From Schizochytrium sp. TIO01 (Eukaryota; Protista; Bigyra: Labyrinthulomycetes): a DNA stretch of 64,000 bases. Positions 45,611 through 57,163 of the stretch are shown here, one piece after another. The stretch spans positions 434,001 through 498,000 of the forward strand of contig SMSO01000033.1 of the NCBI GenBank assembly GCA_004764695.1, given 5' to 3'. Position 1 is the first letter of the stretch. Every line of letters begins with the position of its first letter. The notes below the pieces were generated by a model. It did not search any database. It saw only the letters and a program-made list of their open reading frames with translations, and was not told the DNA's origin. The translations under genes and the position numbers were made by a program.

Positions 45611-46148
45611 GAGAATACAACCTGGGCAACATTTTTCTTCCATAGAACATTAGTAAGAAAGCCCCCTTGTTTCTAAAACCTTTCTATTAATTTATTGTGT
45701 TGATGTTTCTTTTGTATTTTCGCTTCTCCTGATTCTCTGAGTTCATTTGCTCTATTATTACACGTGTATGCTAAGATTACTTTGCGAACTTAAAAAAAAA
45801 ATGAAAAATAGACAACACCTTTATTTGCTTTATTTCGCAACCAGCTCAGGCTTGGCTTGAGTCGATTGCTGTCGTGATGGAACATGGAAATTTCAAACAG
45901 CAAATCTAATAAACAACTCAATTTTTTATTATTATTTTTAAAGTCATAAGTGACCTAGTGGTAGTTATGTGCTTCAAACAAACGCAAACGAAGCAATAAC
46001 AGAAGTCATTTTCCTCGCGTACGAGAGTAGCACACAAGGTACTGGATATTGCTACATCCAAGGGGTAGTATTTGAACACGCTCTGTCTCCTAGAAGGGAG
46101 CAGTGCCACCGTCGTAGAGTTCATAACAACTGGAGGCTGCGAAGAACC

Positions 46149-47933
46149 ATGCGGCAGCTAAAGCTAACGAGCTTTTTGCGGAAATCCCCCTCACCTGTTC
46201 AACACCACGAGGTTGAGGAAGAACCAGCAACGAAAACCCCCATGGAAATAAGGCGCTCTTCTTCGACTCCAAAGCCAAGGCCAGAAAAGAATAAGCCAAA
46301 GGCCGCGAAACTTGCTATTTCTGAAACTGTTCTTTCTAGTAGCGAGGTCGGGGAAGTGAGCAACGCCCCCTGCAAAGCCAACACCAGTGTTGCTATTGCA
46401 ACTACTGCTGCTAGAAAAATCAAATCACGACTTACTCAAAAGAGGGAGCACCAACCTGGTCATACTGATGTTGTCACTTCCGATTCAGGTGAAACTGATA
46501 ATGCTTTTGTAGATAATAAATTGCAGGATTCCCTACCACCGTTAAAAAATCAAGAAGCTGAGTTGCTCAACAACAAAAGCAAGGAAAGTGAAGATGAAAT
46601 CAACAACACAAACGGCTCAGACGAAAACGATGGTGAAAGCAGTATGGATAAGCTCGACGATACTGAACACGAAGCCAACGACTATGAGGCCAGGCGTCTT
46701 GCGAAGATTCGTGAAAACAACGACTTCTTGGAAAGCCTTGGTCTCAATGAGCCTACTATCAGCCGGAAACGCCTTTCATCAGCAAGAAACCCGCATACAA
46801 GAGTTAAGCGCAGCCGTGAGCGGGTTCCACGTGAGCCAATGCGCCGAAGTAGTAGATTAGCACACATGCCAATTATTGAGGAAGCAAATATAGAGACTGG
46901 CCTTTCAGCGCTGACTACAGAGACTAAACGTTCAAATCCAGTCTCCTATACTCCAAGTGGTGTTGCAAACCTTGTAGCATCTTCCCCGGATCACCAAGCT
47001 ACTGCAACAAAGGAATGGACAGACTCCACATTAAAACGTATTTACTGCGTTGACGCCCACACGCAACGCCCAATGTTTGCCGCAGCTGGGCATGGAGGAA
47101 GAGTTGCTGTATTTAGCTTGTGCGAGGAAGAACCACTACTTTCTTTCAAGGCCTTTCGGGGATGGTGCTCCAGCATTCAATATCTTGACAACTCTGAGCA
47201 TTTACTAGCTGCATCCAATGATGGTGCTCTCGAGCTTTTTGATACTTCTATAGTGGACGAATTCTCAGGAAAAGCACAGGTCATAGCCCAAGCAGATCAA
47301 GACCTTCATGACGGTGGTATTTTTGCGATGCATGTAATCGACAACATTGTTGCAACCGCATCGAAGGATGCATCTGTTGCTATTTCTCAACTTTCACCGG
47401 CAGCAGCGATTCAATTCTCAACCCGATTCTCGGACTTGCATCACGGTGTGATCAAGAGCGTACGTCTACGTGCCAAAAATATATTTGCATCAACTGGAAA
47501 CGATGCTTGCGTGCACGTTTGTGATATTCGAGCCGGTAAGGTGAGCGTCTCGCTTGAAGATGTCCACGATTGTGCTGTTAACTCTGTCAGATGGCGCAAT
47601 GAGTACCAGGTCATGACTACATGTTTCAGTCAAGAAATGCGCCTTTTCGATATTCGGAAACCAAAAGGCACTGATCCCGTAATGGAATTCACAGGTCATT
47701 TTCCGCGGCCCAAAACAATCTATCATCCTCTTTTTCTTCACGCTGGTGAGCATGTCCTGGTCTGCGGTGACAAACGAATTGTGACATTCGATGTAAACTC
47801 AGGTCATGTTTTATCTAGCGGTGGTCTCGATTTTAACCCTTCCGCTATAGCTCTTGACCCTTCTGACCCTTCCAAAGTGTTCATTGCTGGCCCGCAAACT
47901 GTGATCTCCTTATCCCTCAACAACACAGACTAA
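46149..47933 (+). CDS. WD40-repeat protein, WDR76/CMR1-like, with N-terminal PIP box
   Basis: 'DYEARRLAKIRENNDFLESLGL' and 'RRSSRL' precede WD40 repeats (LFD, VCDIR, LFDIR). First ATG at 46149 gives MRQLKLTSFL. Confidence 0.75.
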   Translation: MRQLKLTSFLRKSPSPVQHHEVEEEPATKTPMEIRRSSSTPKPRPEKNKPKAAKLAISETVLSSSEVGEVSNAPCKANTSVAIATTAARKIKSRLTQKREHQPGHTDVVTSDSGETDNAFVDNKLQDSLPPLKNQEAELLNNKSKESEDEINNTNGSDENDGESSMDKLDDTEHEANDYEARRLAKIRENNDFLESLGLNEPTISRKRLSSARNPHTRVKRSRERVPREPMRRSSRLAHMPIIEEANIETGLSALTTETKRSNPVSYTPSGVANLVASSPDHQATATKEWTDSTLKRIYCVDAHTQRPMFAAAGHGGRVAVFSLCEEEPLLSFKAFRGWCSSIQYLDNSEHLLAASNDGALELFDTSIVDEFSGKAQVIAQADQDLHDGGIFAMHVIDNIVATASKDASVAISQLSPAAAIQFSTRFSDLHHGVIKSVRLRAKNIFASTGNDACVHVCDIRAGKVSVSLEDVHDCAVNSVRWRNEYQVMTTCFSQEMRLFDIRKPKGTDPVMEFTGHFPRPKTIYHPLFLHAGEHVLVCGDKRIVTFDVNSGHVLSSGGLDFNPSAIALDPSDPSKVFIAGPQTVISLSLNNTD

Positions 47934-48213
47934 ATTAATATAACAGGTTCTTCTCATTACCTTCATGGGTACATTTGTATGATTTTTGTGAATTGGGTAA
48001 TAGTAGGTAGTTAGTACTACCTTTTAACCTGAATAGTACTTACCTATGTATTCGTACAAGGAAAAATGTTGATGCGTGTCATCATGAAAAAACAATCCTC
48101 AAATATTCGTCGCAGCAGAGCATCAATCTGAACTGGGAGTTCACCATTGACAAACAGAAGAACGCTATTCGCAACGCAGGTCAAGGCGCTTAAGTCATAT
48201 TTCTCCGTGAGGG

Positions 48214-49821
48214 ATGCGTCGAGCAGCCGCAAGGATTGGCCCTGCCAGCTTCAGATCCCGTAGTCTTCATCCTCCATTTCGCAGCCCTCATAAAAATGGC
48301 AGCGGGTCAAGCTGGATCCAAAGCCTCACACTTGTTGGCGCAGCAGCACTGACCCTAGGCGCAGGGATGGCATCAATCGCAGTAGATGGTAGCGATGGAT
48401 CAATGTCGCGATGCGATGAGAGTGATGCAGGCACTAGTTTTAGGTCCAGAACCTTTGGCAAGTATGAGAACCAGCTTCGAAGACATGCTCCTTTAGAAAA
48501 GGTCTTCAACTATTTCGCATCAGTGCCAGCAGAAATCGCAAATGCTAACAAAGGTAGCGGAGGAAATAATAGCAGTGGCGCTACAGAGAACAAGGTTGAT
48601 CGGAATGCAATGTATATGACACCGGAGGACTTTGTAAGATCCATAGTGCCATTCTGTGCAGGAGTCAACGATGGCCAAGTTGGGTCCGCCAACTTTCGTT
48701 TTAACCTTCAGCTATCCTCAAACCCAAAGCTTCCTGAGGGGTTTATGGAAAGATATCGAGCCGCATGTGAAAATGTATTGAAGGCCAAAAGCCAGGAGGA
48801 ATGTGCGGCCGCCACAAAAAAGGTGCGTATGTTGAGGAGGGAGTGCGTTGTGCCATTCGAGACTCACCTCGAGATACTCAAGGATCTTGGCACCACAAAT
48901 GCACAATTTTGGAAGGAAGACCCATTTGTTCAACTGATTGATGCAGATGGGGATGGCTTAATCTCCTTCAGGGAGTACCTATTGTTCATGTCGCTACTGG
49001 ACCTTCCTCGAGGGCACCTTCACCTCGTGTTTCGTCTCATGGACGAGTCGCACAACAATGCGCTAGATAAAGAGGAATTCGCACACGCTTTACGGTGGGT
49101 CTGCAAGCAGTCTGCAGATAAGGATAACTTTTCTCAGTACCAAGCCAGTGATCAGTATGAATGGGCCGGGCATGAAGACTTCATCAAGACTAAACTTTTC
49201 CACGATAAGGAAGAAATCACCTTCGATGAGTTTGCAGAGTTTATTGACACCCTTCACGACTGCGTGGCAATTTTGAAGTTTGAGATTTTTGAGAAGGATC
49301 TCGAAGGTTTTCTTCGCCCTTCAGCCTTTGTAGATTTTCTTGCTGCTTCGCACGCAACAGTGAGTATGACTCCGGCGTGCCAAGCTTATGCTCAGCAACT
49401 TGCTGAGAAAGAGTCAACGATGTCGTCAGAAGAGCTTCGTGCGTGCAGCATCTCGAAAGATGACTTTCTTCATTTTTCTCGCTTTACATCCCGTCTTGAT
49501 GCTGTATCATTAGCTATGCACCTAATCCTGGACCTAGGGTCTGGCGAAAATGAGCAAGGCCTCACACGTAAAGATTTCGAGAATTGCGTTCGTGCCTGTG
49601 CTGACGTGGAGGCGGCTTTTCTTCCTCCAGTGATTATCGACCTTGTATTCACACTCATGGACTTTGACAATAGTGGCACTGTCACAAAACATGAAATGAT
49701 TCAAATTCTTCAGCCCAACAATCGTCGAGGAGGTCTTGATGAGGAGGAATCTTCATTTTCTATTTTCTCCTCAGCTTTTCACGCGATTGTGGACAAACTG
49801 GGCCTCGTTAAGGGGAAATAA
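48214..49821 (+). CDS. MICU1: Mitochondrial calcium uptake protein (MICU family, EF-hand)
   Basis: R/S-rich presequence. 'YENQLRRHAPLEKVFNYFAS' and 'MTPEDFVRSI' motifs. EF-hands DADGDGLISFRE, DESHNNALDKEE and DFDNSGTVTKHE. Confidence 0.85.
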   Translation: MRRAAARIGPASFRSRSLHPPFRSPHKNGSGSSWIQSLTLVGAAALTLGAGMASIAVDGSDGSMSRCDESDAGTSFRSRTFGKYENQLRRHAPLEKVFNYFASVPAEIANANKGSGGNNSSGATENKVDRNAMYMTPEDFVRSIVPFCAGVNDGQVGSANFRFNLQLSSNPKLPEGFMERYRAACENVLKAKSQEECAAATKKVRMLRRECVVPFETHLEILKDLGTTNAQFWKEDPFVQLIDADGDGLISFREYLLFMSLLDLPRGHLHLVFRLMDESHNNALDKEEFAHALRWVCKQSADKDNFSQYQASDQYEWAGHEDFIKTKLFHDKEEITFDEFAEFIDTLHDCVAILKFEIFEKDLEGFLRPSAFVDFLAASHATVSMTPACQAYAQQLAEKESTMSSEELRACSISKDDFLHFSRFTSRLDAVSLAMHLILDLGSGENEQGLTRKDFENCVRACADVEAAFLPPVIIDLVFTLMDFDNSGTVTKHEMIQILQPNNRRGGLDEEESSFSIFSSAFHAIVDKLGLVKGK

Positions 49822-50591
49822 AGCAGAGGATGTTAAAACGCCTAATTTTGCAAATTAAACTTTGCTCTCCATTCGAAAGTCATTCTAACCTTAATCCTTC
49901 CTGATTCTAATTCTAAAACCAAGATGAATTACTTAGAAAATTTACTTTGTTTTAACCTTATCACCTCATTTCTCGCTTTGTCATAGGAGTAACTGTTTTG
50001 TTGTTGTTTAAAAGTAAATTCTAGTATCAAATTTTTCAAGAGAAGCGAGAAGAACAGATAACGCTGAAGTTTACGAATAGTTTTACTTATTTCGAACGAT
50101 GTGACCTGTTATATTAAAATTGATGGCACAAGTGCAGGCGCCTCTGTTTGCTTCAAAGAAAAAAAACTGCGGGAAAAGTTAGTTGCTATTCCCTATAGAT
50201 TAAAAATAAGTAAAATACATCTATATTATATATGCCTTTTTTAGTTTTTAAAGTCATTACAAAAAGAGTTAAGAAGAGGAAGAAGGTTCCAAAAACTTGA
50301 AATCCTTATAGTGTAAAGTTTTAGTTTAAAATTTTATTTTAAAGGTCTATTTTTTAAGCCCAATTTTAAATTGGCTTAACGGTCCTTACAGAATTTATGC
50401 TCATTGCAATTGCGTAAACTTGGGAGCCTAGACATCCATCCCACTAGCCACGCTCCAGGTTCAGAGCGGGGCTCTAACGTTTACTCTCGCTAAACGGTGA
50501 AGCCACACCTAATTTGGATTAGGTTGCGAAGGCCGTGAACACTGCGTGGTCTCTGGAGGACCAGACACCACCCAGAGGGCGTTTGCTAAGT

Positions 50592-53500
50592 ATGTCTTCG
50601 TCTCCTACAAAGCGTAGGGCATCTGCACCAGGTGTCTCCGCAAACTCACGCCTTGATAAATGGACCAAGACCAGGCAAAATGCTCTTGTGGTGCCTCTTT
50701 TAGCACAAGGCGTGCGTCGCACGAAACACAAGGTTGGTATTCGAGTTCATTTTGATCGAATCGATGGCTTCAGACTTCCGCCCGCATTTGCAAAAGAACT
50801 CAAGGGCGCCTCAAAGAGTAAACTCGAGTTTTGTATTCATCTTTCGCTCTTCCATACTTCATCGCAAAGCTTTTTTGGAAACACATGGGTTAGTCCATTG
50901 CAGAAAGCGTCTATGTCAGGGAAAAAATCATCTAGACTTGACCTCTCCTCAATTCAAGTCGCACTTTGCACGAGAATTGCAGATCCGGGATGCCTTGCAG
51001 TTGCAGAAATAGTGGTTGTAGAAAAAGATGCTTCTGGGAACCAAATTTTAGGTCAATATGGCGTTGGTTGGACGAGCATGCCTCTTTTTGCAGCTGTCTC
51101 TAGCCTAGCTTCTGCAACAAACAAATCACAAAAGCAAAAAGTGAAAGTGTACTCTGGTAGTCCACGAGCTTTGTTATTTATGGATGCTGACGGCCCAAAC
51201 AGCAAAGAAGATGCACTACAGCCGCTTCAAGACTGCACAATGGTGTATGTTTGCAGTAATGATACTCAAATGACAAAAATTTCGCATTTGGTTCGCTTGA
51301 ATGAATTTGTCGGTCCTGGACAAAGTCTTGGTGGACTCCGCGAAGGAACCTTCCCAACCAAGAGTTCCTCAAATGCAAAGTTATCGTCTTCAATGGACCT
51401 ATTCATCAATTTGATCTCTATTCTACTGCCTGCTCAGTGGGAAGGGCAAGCCCAATCATACCTGCAACTCCGCAAAGGCTTGGATAAACACGAAGCAGGA
51501 AACAAGTTTGTACTCAAGGTGGCGCCTCACAACGGAAGAACAGCTATTGATAAGAATGGCTGGACGCAAATACCACTTAAGGCTTCAGAGTTTTCCGATC
51601 ACCCAGACTACGACCAATGCCTTCGTTATGAGAAATCGGTGCGACTGCGACAATTTCCCAAAGATAATCAAGTCGCAATAGCTTTTCAGCTGGAATATCA
51701 CACTGCATCTATTCAGACTTCGGGCCCCGTTGTTGTTGGATGTGGTATATGGCTTCCATTTAGCTCAGACTCCTCTGGTCCAAAACTAACTATGACAAAT
51801 ATCAAAGCAAAAGATGCTTCAACAAAAGCTCCACTGCAAATTTCACTAAGATCCGATGCTCAATGTCCATTTACTGATGATGGTATCTTCCTGCCGTCTC
51901 GTCGCGGAGAAACGGTACTACCAATTCTTGGAGTTCACCTTGGTCGCAAAGCCGAGGTGGTACGTAGACAAAGGTCTCCCAGCAAAAGCAGTCGGAGAAA
52001 TCGCAAGAGCAGACATGGATGGGGTTCTGAGTCAGGCTCCGATGTTGAAAGTCGAGGCAGTGGTTCAAGTGATTCAAATGAATCTGACACTGAAAGTAAC
52101 TCAGGGTCCGATAGCGATTCAAGTCCAGTTCGGAAACGGAAGGATCGAGATGAATCTTCAGGGTCTGAAGCTTCACATGCGTCGCGCACACCACTGAACT
52201 CTGACGACGACAGTGATGATAGTGTGGACGGCTATTCTCAAGTATCGGAATCTCGTCGCAACTCTAGATCAAGATCTCGGGTCCGCCAATCTAAGAACAA
52301 ACGAAGTTCTCCCCATGGTCGTGCCCATGTAGCTCACCAGCGTAGCCTGAGTCGTGGCCGAGTCGCCACAAAACTTGGACAGCTGGCTTCAGCATCTCAG
52401 CTACCGTATGGGGCAAACGTAGATGATAATCTTCTATCGAGAATGCTTAGCTTACGCATGCATGATGAAAATATGCCAGCTGCTACAGCGAATGCAACTC
52501 AAAGTTATACGACGAATTATGTTAACAGTATGCAGAACAAAGGAAGTAGTGATCCTATCGAGTTGTCAAGGGCTTCAAGAACAATACTGAACCGCATGGG
52601 TGTGCTCGACAATATGAGAACAGTGGTGCCTCCTCTCCGACACGATCCAGATATAGAAACAGAACTTAAAGATAGGTTTCTTGCCAACGAGATCACATTT
52701 CAGTTTGCAGCATATCGGCATATTGTTGGTGACTTACAGCTTACTGCAAGGCCCCAGAGCGTTTTTTTCACATTTCAGTTTTATGATTCTTTGCCAACGA
52801 GAACAGAACGTATGAGTTTGAGAGCGTCAGGAGTTACGGACACACAATCTAACATGGAAGCAGGATTGTCAAAGCCGTATATCCTGATGCGCGGAAATGA
52901 CTCAGATGGAAAACATCGCAACTCACCCAGTCAGGCGTTACGGTTCTTGGTTGATACTTCGACTGCAGATGAAAGTGAGCCAAAGAGATTTGCACAATAC
53001 CTGAAAGACAATATGCTTTATATTCAAGTATGGGATGCGGAATCCCTATTAAGTCTGGGTCTTGTTGCGATAAGATTAGCTGAAATCATGAGGCAAGGCG
53101 AGCGCTCCACTAAACTAGCTCGTGAGTTTGATGTCATTGCTCCCACTTCAATATTTGGATCATCAGGTATTCAAGAAATTGATCTCTTTGATAATGGTAA
53201 CGCTCGTGGATGCCTTAACGGAAAGGTCCAATTGATCATCACTAATTATGGTATCAAAGGCCAAGGCAAGCGAAACCTTTTACAAAAGGAAGCAAACAAC
53301 TGCCCCTTGGTAGATAAACACTGGCATATGGACCGGACTTTTGGGACATCCTCGATGAACGTAGCTGAGGAGTCTGGAAAAGGGGGGCCTCGCCACCGAG
53401 TTATTGCACGGCCTCTTGCACAAGCAAATTCTCAACTAGAAGGCCTTCTTAGGGCAGCAAATTCGTCTTCACGTCGCGAAATGCGACGCGCTGAATCACA

Positions 53501-56500
53501 AATGAAGATTGCTGATGGTGCCGTTCTTGAGGCAGACTGGGCACTCTCAGAAGCTGATTTACAAAGAATTGCGCGCACTCTGGACCGTGCTAACGCAGGG
53601 TTAGTTCCCATCACAACTGTCTTGACGTATCTTCAGGTAGATGAAAGCTCCACAAAAGAAGCAAGTCGTGCATGGTCTAAGCTACGTGCATGCGAACCAT
53701 TGTGCGCGCTCGACACTTATCATGTTTTTAACAACTTAGACAGTGAAAATACAGGTTGTGTCTCAGAGAGTACATTCCAAGAAATCTTACGGACATATGT
53801 TCCCTGCACAGATGTTTCTGAGAACGAAGTAGGGATCTTGGCAAAAAGATTCCAAGAAGGTGCTTCTCAAGTCAATTACGAAAGATTTCTCAAACAACTT
53901 ATTGGTAGTCATGTTGGAGATCTTGAGTCCAAGCTTCGACGAGTTCTTCGAAAGGCTAGATCTTCGAGTGGAGTGACTTATAAGGAAGCTTTTCAACACC
54001 ATTTCGATGCAAATGGAGACGGGCGAATTCAGGCTCGTGAGCTTAAACGAGGACTCCTATCTCTTAATTTTCAAGCTACAAGTGCTGATATTGATCTTTT
54101 ATTAAAACGTTACGGCGACGGCAAGTGCCTTCTGCTTACAGATTTTGTTGCCTTGGCCGAAGCCAAAGTCCCGAGTTCTTCTAACAAGACAACAGCAAAG
54201 CAATCCTTCACAGATATGGTTCGGGAGATTGTATTAGAGGCAGAAGCTCGAGGCATTAATCTTCGGGATACTTTCGCTCATTTTGATAAAGACGGAAACG
54301 GAAAAATCTCTGTCGCAGAATGTAAGAAGGGACTCGTGGATATCGGCATCAAGTCCACTGATAAAAATATTAGTGAGCTCATGGGTCAGTTGGATGTGGA
54401 CGGAAGCGGAGAAGTTGAACTTGATGAATTTTTGTCATTTATCCGGAGCAAAGCTACTTCACAATCCTCTTGCAAAGAAAGTTCTGATGAATTAGGTTTT
54501 ACAAATAAAGTGCGCGCAATTGTTCTAAAAGCTCAAGACAATGGCGTTAATGTTCGTGACACATTTGCCCATCTTGATAAGGATGGCAATGGCTTTATCA
54601 CCCAAGAGGAATGTGGTGAGGGCCTTGCAAGTATTGGGTGCACTTTCACGCCTGAAGAACTCAGTTCTTTGTTTCAAACCATTGACCAAAACTCTAGTGG
54701 ACAAGTTGACATGATGGAGTTTCTTAGTTTCTTAACGAAGCCCAGTGACGAAGTTGATGTCAGTGGGAATGATAGCAAGACTGACCATAGCGAGGCCTCT
54801 ATCATACAACGTTTTCGAGAATTGTTGAAGCAGAACAACAACGGAGGAAATTCAGAAAGCTTCTTCCCCTTTCTTAAAAAGAAGGGAAGATCTAGTATTG
54901 AGAGAACAGAGTTCATTGATTGCCTTAAACGTTTTGGACTGGATACATTCCGACCTGAACAGCTTGACACCTTAGTAGCTCACTTTGAAAAGGATAAATC
55001 AGGTGAGGTTTCGGTCAGTGCATTTCAGAAGTTTTTCGAGGAGGCCACGTTTGATCCAGAAAACACACCCGCTGGTTTTCTTGAAGCGCATGCAGATCGT
55101 ATCAAAAGGCGGTGTCGTAAACATGATCGTAAAGACCGTGGCACAATCTCTCTTTCACACTTTAATCGCATTGTAGAAGACCTAGGCTGGGATGACGAGT
55201 ATACTGCTGAAGAATTAGGTGATATTGTGTTAGAGGATGAACGTGTTGATTATGAGCGCCTCGGGAAAGATTTGGTTCGAGAGAAACTTGTAAAAGCTGT
55301 GCGTAAGGCATTTGAGAAAGGAATCAATGTGCCGGATATGGTCCAATCTTTGGATAGGCAAAACGTTGGTAAAGTAAACCTTTCCCAGATACGACGTCTC
55401 ATTGTAGATCTAGGTTTTTCGATCCTTGAGCGTTCACAGGCATCGAGCGCACTATCATCGGGAGTCTATGGCTCCAGCATCGGTGATAATTCCTCACGCC
55501 AATTGAATAAAATTGAACGACTGCGCCAAGCCCGAATGATACGCTCAAGTAAGAATGGTATGTATGAAGACTTGGGCTTAGATCGTGACTTTGGAGATGC
55601 TTTTGCGCGACAAGCATCTGATCTTCAGCTTGTACAAAGATTTAGAGAAGGGCACAAACGAGATGTTGTAGGAAGTTTCTTGCGCACAAGCATGACAAGA
55701 GAAGTAACACTTTACCCAAAATTTGCCTCTGCCAGCTATTTTGAGATAGAGCTATCAAATCCTTTTCCTCAGGAAGAGAGGTTTCATATCAAGATAGATG
55801 ATCCAGAGCTCCGCTGCATCACTGACGGTGAAGAGTGGAGATATTATAGAGAACGAATTACTCCAATTAGCAAGCCTGAGAACTTCTATCCTGTTGAGAG
55901 CGAAATGATCACGCCCGACAATTTAGAAGTAACCCTCAATAGTAATGAATCAGTTGCGGTGCCATTTTCCTTTTTAAGCTTTGCTTCGGGACAACCTGGG
56001 CAGGAGGCTCTAGGCCAAGAAAGAAAAAGTATTCGTGAAAGGACCATTATAGTGCGCTTTATCAGTGCTCGACACGCTCACGCAGTTCTTGAAGTGCATG
56101 TGCGTATCAATCCAAAACCCTTCGTTGTGCATCGTGCATTGGAATTACATTCTGGAGTAGGAGAATTTGCGAAAGCCCAAGTTAAACTTCATGGACAGCA
56201 TACTGGTAGCGAGAAGTTCCTTTATTGTAATGATCCAGATGCTGCGGTTCAGTGGAAAGATGATACAGTTACAATTCGCTATCGTGGGCGTACAGATAAA
56301 TCTATCGGAGGAGAATTCTTCGTTGTATTGTATAAAGATTCTTTCCATGCAGAAATGGAGGCCATTTGGCTCGTTTCGGTTCAGCCGATGCAGCGCGTTA
56401 ACTTCCACGGCGTAGTTGGCCAGTCTGCGAGCAGTGAGCTCATTATAAAGGGCGATAACTTTTCTCGTCGTGTCCAGTGCTTCACATCAAACCCCGGAGA

Positions 56501-56981
56501 AACACAACTGCATCCCGTAGAACCATTTCAACTTGTTGCTGGTGCATTCAATAGAATTGAACTTATCCATCGCCCACTGGTTGAGACTTCACCAGGCTGT
56601 ACAAGTCAAATCCGAGTACATTTGGTTGATTTAGATTCTCACGAACTGATTAGTGCATGGCTCGTTAAGGCGACGGCAGCATTGCCTGAAGTCTCGAAAA
56701 CCTTCGATGTTGATCTCTCATGCGGCCATGCAGCTCACAAAAAAATTGCGTACGTGAATCCGTGGAATGAACCACGTAAGTTCACAATCCGTACGAGTGA
56801 CCCAGTCCATGTTCGCGCCAAAGATCCTGAGCTCGAGATCCCTCCCAAAACAAAAGCATACATTCGGCTTTGGTTTGCTGCTGCCCATAAATCAATTGTA
56901 CGGCAGGTACTAATTTTTGTAAATGATGAAGACGGGCAGAATGAAGAGTGTCTTTTATTGAAGGCCACGTATAAACCATAA
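50592..56981 (+). CDS. NPHP4: Nephrocystin-4 (ciliary transition zone) with inserted EF-hand array
   Basis: 'SLFH...FFGNTW', 'ITFQFAAY', 'VFFTFQFY', 'IQVWDAESLL' and 'FEIELSNPF', followed by C-terminal Ig/ASH-like repeats ending 'IFVNDEDGQNEECLLLK'. First ATG is at 50592. Confidence 0.88.
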   Translation: MSSSPTKRRASAPGVSANSRLDKWTKTRQNALVVPLLAQGVRRTKHKVGIRVHFDRIDGFRLPPAFAKELKGASKSKLEFCIHLSLFHTSSQSFFGNTWVSPLQKASMSGKKSSRLDLSSIQVALCTRIADPGCLAVAEIVVVEKDASGNQILGQYGVGWTSMPLFAAVSSLASATNKSQKQKVKVYSGSPRALLFMDADGPNSKEDALQPLQDCTMVYVCSNDTQMTKISHLVRLNEFVGPGQSLGGLREGTFPTKSSSNAKLSSSMDLFINLISILLPAQWEGQAQSYLQLRKGLDKHEAGNKFVLKVAPHNGRTAIDKNGWTQIPLKASEFSDHPDYDQCLRYEKSVRLRQFPKDNQVAIAFQLEYHTASIQTSGPVVVGCGIWLPFSSDSSGPKLTMTNIKAKDASTKAPLQISLRSDAQCPFTDDGIFLPSRRGETVLPILGVHLGRKAEVVRRQRSPSKSSRRNRKSRHGWGSESGSDVESRGSGSSDSNESDTESNSGSDSDSSPVRKRKDRDESSGSEASHASRTPLNSDDDSDDSVDGYSQVSESRRNSRSRSRVRQSKNKRSSPHGRAHVAHQRSLSRGRVATKLGQLASASQLPYGANVDDNLLSRMLSLRMHDENMPAATANATQSYTTNYVNSMQNKGSSDPIELSRASRTILNRMGVLDNMRTVVPPLRHDPDIETELKDRFLANEITFQFAAYRHIVGDLQLTARPQSVFFTFQFYDSLPTRTERMSLRASGVTDTQSNMEAGLSKPYILMRGNDSDGKHRNSPSQALRFLVDTSTADESEPKRFAQYLKDNMLYIQVWDAESLLSLGLVAIRLAEIMRQGERSTKLAREFDVIAPTSIFGSSGIQEIDLFDNGNARGCLNGKVQLIITNYGIKGQGKRNLLQKEANNCPLVDKHWHMDRTFGTSSMNVAEESGKGGPRHRVIARPLAQANSQLEGLLRAANSSSRREMRRAESQMKIADGAVLEADWALSEADLQRIARTLDRANAGLVPITTVLTYLQVDESSTKEASRAWSKLRACEPLCALDTYHVFNNLDSENTGCVSESTFQEILRTYVPCTDVSENEVGILAKRFQEGASQVNYERFLKQLIGSHVGDLESKLRRVLRKARSSSGVTYKEAFQHHFDANGDGRIQARELKRGLLSLNFQATSADIDLLLKRYGDGKCLLLTDFVALAEAKVPSSSNKTTAKQSFTDMVREIVLEAEARGINLRDTFAHFDKDGNGKISVAECKKGLVDIGIKSTDKNISELMGQLDVDGSGEVELDEFLSFIRSKATSQSSCKESSDELGFTNKVRAIVLKAQDNGVNVRDTFAHLDKDGNGFITQEECGEGLASIGCTFTPEELSSLFQTIDQNSSGQVDMMEFLSFLTKPSDEVDVSGNDSKTDHSEASIIQRFRELLKQNNNGGNSESFFPFLKKKGRSSIERTEFIDCLKRFGLDTFRPEQLDTLVAHFEKDKSGEVSVSAFQKFFEEATFDPENTPAGFLEAHADRIKRRCRKHDRKDRGTISLSHFNRIVEDLGWDDEYTAEELGDIVLEDERVDYERLGKDLVREKLVKAVRKAFEKGINVPDMVQSLDRQNVGKVNLSQIRRLIVDLGFSILERSQASSALSSGVYGSSIGDNSSRQLNKIERLRQARMIRSSKNGMYEDLGLDRDFGDAFARQASDLQLVQRFREGHKRDVVGSFLRTSMTREVTLYPKFASASYFEIELSNPFPQEERFHIKIDDPELRCITDGEEWRYYRERITPISKPENFYPVESEMITPDNLEVTLNSNESVAVPFSFLSFASGQPGQEALGQERKSIRERTIIVRFISARHAHAVLEVHVRINPKPFVVHRALELHSGVGEFAKAQVKLHGQHTGSEKFLYCNDPDAAVQWKDDTVTIRYRGRTDKSIGGEFFVVLYKDSFHAEMEAIWLVSVQPMQRVNFHGVVGQSASSELIIKGDNFSRRVQCFTSNPGETQLHPVEPFQLVAGAFNRIELIHRPLVETSPGCTSQIRVHLVDLDSHELISAWLVKATAALPEVSKTFDVDLSCGHAAHKKIAYVNPWNEPRKFTIRTSDPVHVRAKDPELEIPPKTKAYIRLWFAAAHKSIVRQVLIFVNDEDGQNEECLLLKATYKP

Positions 56982-57163
56982 ATTAAAACAAATGCATTTA
57001 TGGGGATTTAAGTCAAATCAGGTATCCTCCAAAGGTAAAAATAAGAAACATGGCAACTTATTTTTCAAACATCTGTTTATTCCTTCATCTTTCAGACTAT
57101 CCCTATCTGTTATGTTTAATGTGTTAATTTCTACAATAAGAAATTTTTCGTTGGGTGTTAGAA

